The position numbers and the translations under genes are program-made. A stretch of DNA of 59,732 bases from a virus (taxonomy: Duplodnaviria > Caudoviricetes): positions 1-59,732 of IMG/VR virus record IMGVR_UViG_3300032893_000049, one strand, 5' to 3'. Under the pieces are notes generated by a model. It did not search any database. It saw only the letters and a list, made by a program, of their open reading frames with translations, and had not been told where the DNA came from. This document shows positions 52,197 to 59,732 of the stretch, piece after piece. The first letter of the stretch is position 1. Each line of letters begins with the position of its first letter.

Positions 52197-53033
52197 GTGC
52201 CTGATCCCCGGACACTCGCCGTGGCCGCCGTCGCGAAGGCCGCCCGCCCCAGCAAGCGGTGGAAGGCGTGGGACCACGACCGGGAACTGATCGCCCGGCA
52301 CGCCGCCCAACTGCGGGTCGCGTGGCGGGCGCAGTGGCCCTCCGCGGAGTCCTTGACCCGCGCGTGGCGGCACGACCACCCACACACGAAAGCCACCCGC
52401 AAGGACCGCGACCAGGCGCTGATCGCCGCGTTGGTCGTGTTCCTGTGGCGGCACCTGCGGCCCGCCGACAGGACCCTCGCCGCGCTCACCGCAGCACTGA
52501 TGGAGGCCCGGCAGCTCGGGCAGACCTCGGCGCTGCAGGCGATCGCCGACGCCGGCCTGGCCACCCCCGCCGGCACACAGGCCCTCACCGCGATGGAGAC
52601 CGCCCGCGCCGCGACGGTCGCCGCGAACGCCGCCGGCCGGTTGCAGACCTCCACCGGCGTGCGGATCCAGCAGATGGCGGCCGGCCTGTCGGACGTCGCC
52701 GCGGCCGCCACCGACGACGAGCTGACCGCCGCGTTCGAGGCGCAGCTGAACAACGGCACCTGGATCGACGTGGTGCTGTCCGCGGAGGGCTGGCAGCAGG
52801 TCAACGACGCCGCCGCCGTCGCCTACGACTGGGCGGCGATCCCGTTCGTGGAGTGGGTCACCGCCACCGACGACGGCGTGTGCATCGAATGCCAGCAGTA
52901 CGCCGACTGGGACGTGATCCCCGCCGACCCGGGCTTCCCGCTGGACCCGCCGCTGCACCCGCGCTGCCGGTGCGCGGTGCTGCCGGCAACCCCACCCGAC
53001 TGGGCGCTGACCGGCGCCATCACCGACGTCTGA
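52197..53033 (+). CDS. Minor head protein (Mu gpF / SPP1 gp7-like)
   Basis: EWVT…CIEC…PPLHPRCRC. Confidence 0.8.
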   Translation: MPDPRTLAVAAVAKAARPSKRWKAWDHDRELIARHAAQLRVAWRAQWPSAESLTRAWRHDHPHTKATRKDRDQALIAALVVFLWRHLRPADRTLAALTAALMEARQLGQTSALQAIADAGLATPAGTQALTAMETARAATVAANAAGRLQTSTGVRIQQMAAGLSDVAAAATDDELTAAFEAQLNNGTWIDVVLSAEGWQQVNDAAAVAYDWAAIPFVEWVTATDDGVCIECQQYADWDVIPADPGFPLDPPLHPRCRCAVLPATPPDWALTGAITDV

Positions 53034-53100
53034 CCCGCCTCGCCCTTCCCCGGGGGCGCACCTGAACACACCCCGCAGCCCCCCACAGGAGGAGGGTCCG

Positions 53101-54855
53101 ATGGATCGCGCCGCTGTCTACGCGGAGATCACCAAGTCCGAGAAGCAGGACGACGGCACGCTGCTCGTCCAGGGCCGAGTCAGCGACGAGACCCTGGACG
53201 TCGACAAGCAGATCGCCGACGCCGCGTGGCTCAAGCGGGCCATCCCCGAGTGGTTTTCCACGGGCGGGAACCTGCGGGAGATGCACACCCCGAACGCCGT
53301 GGGTGTGGCCACCGAGTACGAGGAGAAGTCCGACGGCGGCCACCACATCGTCGCGAAGGTCGTCGACCCCCTGGCCGTCAAGAAGGTCGAGCACGGCGTC
53401 CTCCGCGGCTTCTCCATCGGGATCAAGGGCCCGCGGATCGTCACCGACACGAAGGCCGCCGGCGGGCGGATCGTGGACGGCAAGGTCGTCGAGGTGTCCC
53501 TGGTGGACCGGCCCGCGAACCCGTCGTGCACCCTCGTGATGGCCAAGGCCGCCGTCCCCGGCATGGAGGTCCGCGGCTCCGACCTGGACACCGAGCGGAT
53601 GCTCGTGCGGGTCGAGGAGCTCCACGAGACCGACACCGCCCCGGGCGCGGTTGCGCACTCCGGGACGACCTCCACGAACGGCCCGTCCTCGCAGATCAAG
53701 ACCGCCGAGCCCGACCCGGCGGCGGAGGCGACCCCCGCAACCCCCGCTGAGCCGGGCGAGGCTGCCGCTGGTGACACGAACGGGGCGGGCGGCGACGTGA
53801 GCGACGTCCCCGCCGTCCCGGCCGCTGTGGCGGCCCCTGAGACGTCCGAGGCGGTGGTCGACGGCACGGGGAAGGCCGCGGCCACCGCCCCGGACCCCAC
53901 CCCCGACGGGCTGGCCGACCTGGTCGCGAAGGCCGTCGCTGCCGCCCTGCCCGGCGCGCTCGCAGCCGAGCTGGAGAAGCGGGACTTCTCCGCCGGCGAC
54001 CGGAAGCGGCTCGCCAAGGAGGGCAAGGCGATGCCCGGCGGCGGCTTCCCGATCGCCACCGTCGGGGACCTCCGCAACGCCATCCAGGCGATCGGCCGGG
54101 CGAAGAACCCGGCCGCCGCCCGGGCCCACATCAAGGAGCGGGCCCGTGCGCTTGGCCGGGAGGACCTGATCCCCGACGAGTGGAAGGGCGCCGACCCCGA
54201 CCTGACGAAGGTTGGTGCGGCGGAGGAGATGGCCCACGACCCGGCGCTGCTGCAGCAGGTCCGGGACGGGCTGCTGAACCTGCTCATCGCGGAGGCGCAG
54301 GAGGCCCTGCAGGGGGAGCGGGAGGAGTACGACCTGCAGCAGTTGGTCGGCACCCTCGCCCGGTTCCTCGACTGGTGGGACCACGAGACCTGGGAGGGCG
54401 AGGCGCCCGCCCCGTCCGACGTCAAGGGCACCCAGCCGGACGTCACCAAGACCGCCGACGCCGACACGGCGCCGCACCCCCCCCCCGCGTCGGCGCCGCC
54501 ACCCGCGCCGGCCCCGACGCCCGACCAGACCCCCGCCGACGAGGCGGGCAAGGGCACCACCGCGGACACCGTGAAGGCCCAGATCGCAGAGGCCACGGCT
54601 GCTCTTCTCTCGGAGAACGAGCAGCTCAAGGCGCGACTGGAGCGGGTGGAGAAGGCGGCTGCCCCCGGCGGACCCGTCCGGGTCCAGACCCTGCAGCAGC
54701 GGCAGGTCTCGGCTGAGACCGACGCGCTGCGCGCCGAGGTCGTCAAGTTCGAGGCCCTGGAGCGGGCCTACGACGACCCGGCTCTTGCGGCGGAAGCACG
54801 CAAGCGCGCCACCGCGGCGCGGCAGAAGCTCGCCGCCGCCCAGGCCACGGCCTGA
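53101..54855 (+). CDS. Prohead protease / scaffold fusion with internal DUF6582-like domain
   Basis: NLREMH, GFSIG, EVSLVDRPANP; RKRLA…AMPGGGFPI…DLRNAIQAIGRA; C-terminal coiled coil. Confidence 0.88.
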   Translation: MDRAAVYAEITKSEKQDDGTLLVQGRVSDETLDVDKQIADAAWLKRAIPEWFSTGGNLREMHTPNAVGVATEYEEKSDGGHHIVAKVVDPLAVKKVEHGVLRGFSIGIKGPRIVTDTKAAGGRIVDGKVVEVSLVDRPANPSCTLVMAKAAVPGMEVRGSDLDTERMLVRVEELHETDTAPGAVAHSGTTSTNGPSSQIKTAEPDPAAEATPATPAEPGEAAAGDTNGAGGDVSDVPAVPAAVAAPETSEAVVDGTGKAAATAPDPTPDGLADLVAKAVAAALPGALAAELEKRDFSAGDRKRLAKEGKAMPGGGFPIATVGDLRNAIQAIGRAKNPAAARAHIKERARALGREDLIPDEWKGADPDLTKVGAAEEMAHDPALLQQVRDGLLNLLIAEAQEALQGEREEYDLQQLVGTLARFLDWWDHETWEGEAPAPSDVKGTQPDVTKTADADTAPHPPPASAPPPAPAPTPDQTPADEAGKGTTADTVKAQIAEATAALLSENEQLKARLERVEKAAAPGGPVRVQTLQQRQVSAETDALRAEVVKFEALERAYDDPALAAEARKRATAARQKLAAAQATA

Positions 54856-54934
54856 CCAACCCACCCCCCTTGCACCCGCGCCCGGCCCATCTGGGGCCGG
54901 GGGGTGCGTCACGCCTTCACGGAAGGAACACACG

Positions 54935-56665
54935 ATGGCCACCTCCGTCCCCCTGCGGGACGCGTTCGGGGTCGACACCGCCGCTGAGGTGATGGACCGG
55001 CAGGAGGCGCTCAAGGCAGCGCTGGACACCGTCCCCACCACCCAGAAGGGCTGGGCCCCCAACCTCCCGGGCTTCATCGCCCCCGAGCAGTCCGCGGCGC
55101 AGGCCGCCCTGGCTGCCCTGCAGAACCCCGACATCCAGAAGGCCGTCTCGGCGGAGACCCTCGCGTCGGTCACCGCCCAGCTCGGCGCGATGCCCGACGT
55201 CGTCAAGGACCTCACCCTGACGTCGCCGCTGTCCACGGGCTACGTGGCGTACGACCTGGAGGCGCCGGCGAAGCTGCTGACGCCGCGGCCGACGCCGCTG
55301 CGGAACCGGATCCCGCGCGGCAAGGGCATCGGCACCGCCCACCGCTACAAGCGGATCACGGGCTTCACCGGCACCGGCACCGGCGGTGTCGGCATCCAGC
55401 GGCCGGGCATCACCGACTCGCAGTCCACCGCGTTCGGGAACATCAACTACATCCGTGGCCCGAAGATCAGCTACGCGGGTGACGAGGCCGCGGTCCCGTA
55501 CCTGCAGTTCTCGCTGTCGGACCAGGTGCCGTGGTCGGCGCAGTTCTCCGGCCAGGGCTTCCAGGACATCCGCCAGCTGTCCCAGACCAGCCTGCTGTAC
55601 GCGTCCATGCTGATGGAGGAGCGGCTGCTGCTGGGCGGCCGCGGCACCGCGTCCGGGTTCGCTGGCGCCCTGTCCACCCCCGGCACCCCGACCCTGACCG
55701 TCCGCAACGCGGTCACCGGCGAGACCGGGAACACCGCCAACATCGCCACCCTGTACGTGTACGTCACCGCGGCGACCATCTTCGGTGAGACGGTCGCGGG
55801 ATCCGCGAACACCACCGGCATGTCCGCCGCGACCGGCAAGGTCGTGGACGTGCAGGTCGCCAACGTGCCCGGCGCCCTGGGCTACAAGGTGTACGCGGGC
55901 ACCGCCACCGGTGTCGCGAACGTGTTCGCGGCCACCCTGACCGTCGCTGGCGCGTCGAGCACGGTGCAGGCGACCGTGGCGGGCAACCAGGTGTCGACCC
56001 TGGCGATCGCTTCCGGCACCGCCGGCTCGGTGACGATCAACTTCACCGGTGGCGGCACCGGTGGCGCCCCGAACGCCGGCTCGAACCCGCCCGCGTCCGC
56101 GACCGACTCCTCGGCCCTGGACTACGACGGGATCCTGACGATCTGCGGCGGCGCCAACTCCGGGTACACCAAGGCCCTCAACAGCACGTTCTCCGCCAAC
56201 CCGGGCGACGAGTTCAACTCGGCGTTCGCGGCGCTGTACGACGCGGTGAAGGCCGACCCCGACGAGGTGCTGTTCAACGGCGCGGACCGCAAGCAGCTGT
56301 CCGACCAGATCAAGCTGAACAGCAACAGCTCCGCGTACCGGATCAGCCTGACCCGGGCGGAGGCGCACGACGCCACGATCGGGGCGATGGTGACCGGCCT
56401 GCAGAACGAGGTCACCGGCAAGATGGTCGACCTGACCGTCCACCCCTGGATGCCGCAGGGGAACTGCCCGATCCTCTCCTGGACGCTGCCGATCCCGGAC
56501 ACCGAGGTCTCCGACGTGTGGAAGGCCTGGAACGTGCAGGACTACATGGCGGTCCAGTGGCCGGTCACGCAGTTCGCCTACGAGGCGTCGACCTACTGGT
56601 ACGGCACCTTCGTCTGCTACGCCGCCGCCTGGAACGGCATGATCAGCAACGTCATCAAGAAGTGA
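54935..56665 (+). CDS. Major capsid protein with inserted beta domain
   Basis: Follows protease; YDLEAPAKLL-x-P-x-x-TPLRNRIPR, EERLLLG, VHPWMPQG; terminator after. Confidence 0.85.
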   Translation: MATSVPLRDAFGVDTAAEVMDRQEALKAALDTVPTTQKGWAPNLPGFIAPEQSAAQAALAALQNPDIQKAVSAETLASVTAQLGAMPDVVKDLTLTSPLSTGYVAYDLEAPAKLLTPRPTPLRNRIPRGKGIGTAHRYKRITGFTGTGTGGVGIQRPGITDSQSTAFGNINYIRGPKISYAGDEAAVPYLQFSLSDQVPWSAQFSGQGFQDIRQLSQTSLLYASMLMEERLLLGGRGTASGFAGALSTPGTPTLTVRNAVTGETGNTANIATLYVYVTAATIFGETVAGSANTTGMSAATGKVVDVQVANVPGALGYKVYAGTATGVANVFAATLTVAGASSTVQATVAGNQVSTLAIASGTAGSVTINFTGGGTGGAPNAGSNPPASATDSSALDYDGILTICGGANSGYTKALNSTFSANPGDEFNSAFAALYDAVKADPDEVLFNGADRKQLSDQIKLNSNSSAYRISLTRAEAHDATIGAMVTGLQNEVTGKMVDLTVHPWMPQGNCPILSWTLPIPDTEVSDVWKAWNVQDYMAVQWPVTQFAYEASTYWYGTFVCYAAAWNGMISNVIKK

Positions 56666-56670
56666 GCCGT

Positions 56671-56707
56671 GGCAGGGCCCGTCGCCTCCGGGTGACGGGC
56701 CCTGCCT
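56671..56707 (+). terminator. Terminator hairpin after capsid gene
   Basis: ggcagggcccgtcgcc…ggtgacgggccctgcc. Confidence 0.7.
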
Positions 56708-56725
56708 GCTCACGCGGACCACGCC

Positions 56726-56938
56726 ATGGCTGCCATCGACCCCGTCCACATCGGTGAGCTGCACCTGCCCGGCATCGAACCCGTTCCGCTGCTGGCGATC
56801 CCGCTCACCGCAACCCCAACCGGCGTCGTCGGCGGCACCTACACGGTGCGCCTGCAGTCCGGCGCGCCCCGACTCACACCCGCGGCAGCCGAGGCCCTGC
56901 GTTGGCTGCTGGACACCTTCCCCGAGGAGCCCTCGTGA
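56726..56938 (+). CDS. Hypothetical protein
   Basis: Coupled to next gene. Confidence 0.5.
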   Translation: MAAIDPVHIGELHLPGIEPVPLLAIPLTATPTGVVGGTYTVRLQSGAPRLTPAAAEALRWLLDTFPEEPS

Positions 56939-57174
56939 CCGAACCCACCACCGACGTCCCGGCCGAGGCTCCCGCACCGGCCCCTACCCGCCGCACCCGC
57001 CGCGCAGCGGCCACGGCCGCGCCCGCCGATCAGGCCGCGCACGCTGTCGCGGCCGACCCCAACGACCCGCGGATCGGCACCACCATCGCCGTCGGATCCG
57101 AGTTCGTGTCCTACCCGGACGGCGAGTACCAGGTCGACCCCTCGACCGGAACGATCCTCGCCCGCATCAACTGA
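56935..57174 (+). CDS. Hypothetical protein
   Basis: GAGGAG RBS. Confidence 0.6.
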   Translation: MTEPTTDVPAEAPAPAPTRRTRRAAATAAPADQAAHAVAADPNDPRIGTTIAVGSEFVSYPDGEYQVDPSTGTILARIN

Positions 57175-57195
57175 ACCCAGAACGGAGGCCGCCCG

Positions 57196-57378
57196 ATGGC
57201 CACGTCCGGTCACACCGCCGCACAGCGCACCGCCATGCAGACCACGTTCACCGCCCTCGGCACGACCGTGACCACCATGAAGTCCGCGGGCGTCAACTCC
57301 GCTTCCGCCGCTGCTGCCGCGGACCGGCAGGAGCTGCAGCTCGTGGTCACCCGAGAGCAGGGGGCCCCGCTGTCGTGA
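57196..57378 (+). CDS. Hypothetical protein
   Basis: GGAGG RBS. Confidence 0.6.
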   Translation: MATSGHTAAQRTAMQTTFTALGTTVTTMKSAGVNSASAAAAADRQELQLVVTREQGAPLS

Positions 57379-57554
57379 GCAACCCCGACAACACCCTGGA
57401 CCCCACCACGATCGCGGCGCTGCCCGCCGACTCCGCCTACGTCACCGACGAGGCCGCCGCGACGGCCGCCGGCAACGCAACCCTGTCCGCGACTGAGGCG
57501 CAGGACCAGCTGGACCGGGACCTCGCCACGTTCCGGGCCACCAACCTCACCTGA
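57375..57554 (+). CDS. Small acidic protein
   Basis: GTGA coupling. Confidence 0.55.
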   Translation: MSNPDNTLDPTTIAALPADSAYVTDEAAATAAGNATLSATEAQDQLDRDLATFRATNLT

Positions 57555-57587
57555 CCCTGCCGGAGACCTGGATCGGGGGGTGGGCCG

Positions 57588-57983
57588 GTGGTCCGACGCA
57601 CTGTGCGATGGGGCCGCCGGTCCACCCGCAAGACCGTCCGGTGGGGGCACCGCAGAGCGGGGAAGACGGCCCGGTGGGGTCGCCCCCTCAAGCCGTCCAA
57701 GGGCAAGAAGCCCGCGAAGGGCGGGAAGCGGGTGGCGGGGCCGAAGGGCCGCCACCCGACCAAGCGCCCCGCGAAGCGGACCGCGCATCACAAGGCCGCG
57801 GCTCACCACCGAAAGACGCCGGCGAAGGCGCGCGCCCGGATCTCCCGCGCCCCCAAGGGGCACCACCACCCTCACGCCGGCCACCGCAGATCCGCGGCCG
57901 CCCGCCGGAAGGTGCCGCGCACCCTGCACGCCCACCCCCACCGCGGCCGCCGCGTCGCCGGACACAGGAGGCGCAAGAAGTGA
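57588..57983 (+). CDS. Extremely basic protamine/histone-H1-like protein
   Basis: K/R/H-rich, no Asp or Glu; many AAG/CAC codons; stop overlaps next GTG. Confidence 0.65.
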   Translation: MVRRTVRWGRRSTRKTVRWGHRRAGKTARWGRPLKPSKGKKPAKGGKRVAGPKGRHPTKRPAKRTAHHKAAAHHRKTPAKARARISRAPKGHHHPHAGHRRSAAARRKVPRTLHAHPHRGRRVAGHRRRKK

Positions 57984-58216
57984 CCCGCATGGTTTCCCCG
58001 GACCAGGGCTGCATCCAGGTCGACGTCGGCCGCACCCGCTACTCCGGCCGCATCGTGGACGCCACCCCCGGCGACGCCCGGCTCCTCAAGGACGCCGGGT
58101 ACTTCCCTGCCGCCCTCGGCGGTGTCACCCGCGCCGCCGCATGGGTGTGCGGGTGCGGGTTCCGGTCCTACTTCCGGACCTGCTCCCGCTGCGGCGGGGA
58201 CTGCGTGCGGGAGTAG
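57980..58216 (+). CDS. Small Zn-ribbon protein
   Basis: AGGAGG RBS; CGCGF…CSRCG. Confidence 0.65.
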   Translation: MTRMVSPDQGCIQVDVGRTRYSGRIVDATPGDARLLKDAGYFPAALGGVTRAAAWVCGCGFRSYFRTCSRCGGDCVRE

Positions 58217-58219
58217 CCG

Positions 58220-59125
58220 ATGGCCACGACCGCCGCCCCCAGCATGATCCGGCCACTGTTCTCCACCCCGTACATCACCCCCGCCGAGTACAAGCAGGCC
58301 CCGACCGGGGTGGACGTGACGAACCTGGTGAAGGGCAACCAGTCCGCGTCGGACGCCGAGCTCGCCAACGTGATCGCCCGCTCCTGCTCCCTGATCGACA
58401 CATACTTCTGCGGGCAGACCCTCGCCGCGACCGTCGACCCGGACGCCGGCTACCAGTGGGTGGACCGGGACGGGTTCATCCACGTCCACCCGCGGCAGAC
58501 CCCGATCATCGAAGTCACCGCGTTCTCGTACGGGTCCACCCCGAACGACCTGATCGCCCTGTCGGACTTCTCCGCGGTCGCGGTGGAGACGTCCATGTTC
58601 CACGTGCCGCTCACCGGCGGGTACAGCTCGTCTGCGGGGCCACTGCAGTTCGGGATGCCCCGCCCCGGGACCCGGGCCTGGTGCCAGTGGACCGTCGTGT
58701 CCGGCTGGCCCGTCACCACCCTGGCCGCGACCGCCGCCGCTGGCGCCACCTCGATCACCGTGACGGACGCCACCGGCGTGCTCGCCGGGATCACCCCGTT
58801 GGGGATATACGACGGCGGCCAGTCGGAGTCCGTGACCGTCGCGTCCAGCTACGTGGCGGGGTCGGCCACGCTGCCGTTGACGGCGCCGTTGCGGTTCCCG
58901 CACAACCAGACCGGGGTGTCGGTGTCCGGGCTTCCGCCCGCGGTCAAGCAGGCGGCGATCCTCATCACCACCGCCCTGATCAAGACCCGCGGGGCGGCCG
59001 CGATCGTCGCGCCCGCTGCGGGCCAGTACCGGTCCCGGGTGCAGAGCGCCCAGCCGGGCGGTGTCGACTCGGAGGAGTTCTACATCGCCGAGGACCTGCT
59101 GCTGCCGTTCCGGCGGGTCCGGTGA
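58220..59125 (+). CDS. Head-tail adaptor/connector protein
   Basis: PYIT-x-x-EY, L-x-x-x-I-x-x-x-x-x-x-ID-x-Y, LPPAVKQAAI, LL-x-PFRR. Confidence 0.75.
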   Translation: MATTAAPSMIRPLFSTPYITPAEYKQAPTGVDVTNLVKGNQSASDAELANVIARSCSLIDTYFCGQTLAATVDPDAGYQWVDRDGFIHVHPRQTPIIEVTAFSYGSTPNDLIALSDFSAVAVETSMFHVPLTGGYSSSAGPLQFGMPRPGTRAWCQWTVVSGWPVTTLAATAAAGATSITVTDATGVLAGITPLGIYDGGQSESVTVASSYVAGSATLPLTAPLRFPHNQTGVSVSGLPPAVKQAAILITTALIKTRGAAAIVAPAAGQYRSRVQSAQPGGVDSEEFYIAEDLLLPFRRVR

Positions 59126-59625
59126 GCCGCAACACCGTCCGATACGCCGTCGCCCAGTTCTTCAACAGCCCGCCCGTGCCCGGTCTCGCCCAGGTGCGGA
59201 CGGCCCTGGAGAAGCAGGACCAGCTGGTCGCGCAGGGCACCGCCACTCCGGCGCAGTCGTTCGCGGTGATCTACATGCCGTCCGGGCAGGACGAGCGGGC
59301 GTCGGGGCCGGCCGCGAACGCCGGGGTCATCACCGCGTTCGCGGGGATCAAGCTGGTCCCCCACGAGGTGCACCTGCAGGTGTGCCACTTCTTCGACGGC
59401 ACCGGCGCCGACGCGATGGACGACCTGGACGCCCTGCTGGAGGCGGTGCTCACCCGGTTGCGGTCCGACGCCCGGATCGGCCAGACCCCGCAGACGATCT
59501 TCGAGGTGCGGCAGGGCACGGGCCAGATCCGCTGGCGGGTCGGCGAAACCGAGTTCTTGGAAGGCAACGAAGCCCTCACCTGGTTCGCGGTCATGTTCAC
59601 CGTCGTGGAGCAGATCCAGGCGTAA
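59122..59625 (+). CDS. Tail completion/terminator-like protein
   Basis: D-x-LLEAV-x-x-RLRSD; position after adaptor. Confidence 0.6.
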   Translation: MSRNTVRYAVAQFFNSPPVPGLAQVRTALEKQDQLVAQGTATPAQSFAVIYMPSGQDERASGPAANAGVITAFAGIKLVPHEVHLQVCHFFDGTGADAMDDLDALLEAVLTRLRSDARIGQTPQTIFEVRQGTGQIRWRVGETEFLEGNEALTWFAVMFTVVEQIQA

Positions 59626-59685
59626 CCCCTTCTCCCGCAACGCATCCCCACCACTCGAGCACGCCCCGAAGGGGGTTCCTGACGC

Positions 59686-59732
59686 ATGCCCGCCCGCTGG
59701 TTCCAGTACACCGACAGCGAGGTCCGCGACTA
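59686..59732 (+). CDS. Start of a gene running off the window
   Basis: MPARWFQYTDSEVRD…. Confidence 0.45.
   Translation, partial: MPARWFQYTDSEVRD

Overview
High-GC (Actinobacteria-type) tailed-phage or phage-plasmid DNA. From left to right: (1) the 3' part of a DnaB helicase operon with SLOG, SPFH and vWA genes; (2) an XRE regulator abutting a minus-strand cluster of six tRNAs, several with non-canonical architecture; (3) a Streptomyces-type dsDNA conjugation cassette (divergent GntR, xis-like HTH, WhiB, TraB/FtsK translocase followed by a clt-like TGAACA repeat array, TraA-like and SpdB/DUF2637-like genes) with no integrase or Rep visible in the window; (4) a 7-deazaguanine DNA-modification cluster (ParB-like, DpdA/TGT-like, queC, queD, queE, folE) with two extra inserted genes; (5) islands of small accessory genes, including an ArdC-like gene, driven by at least eight copies of one unusual, mostly leaderless promoter motif; (6) a nucleotidyltransferase/phosphoesterase pair, a second tRNA cluster and a truncated tRNA-Phe; (7) a virion module: TerS, a beta-rich structural operon with a 1176-aa spherulin-4/GH135-like repeat protein, TerL, a portal-Nudix fusion, MuF-like protein, protease/scaffold, major capsid, a protamine-like protein and head-tail joining genes. 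The best candidates for undescribed biology are a virion-forming element that also appears to carry TraB-type conjugation, its shared promoter regulon, and a protease-releasable Nudix cargo in the portal. All family calls come from recognising motifs by eye; no database search or folding program was run.
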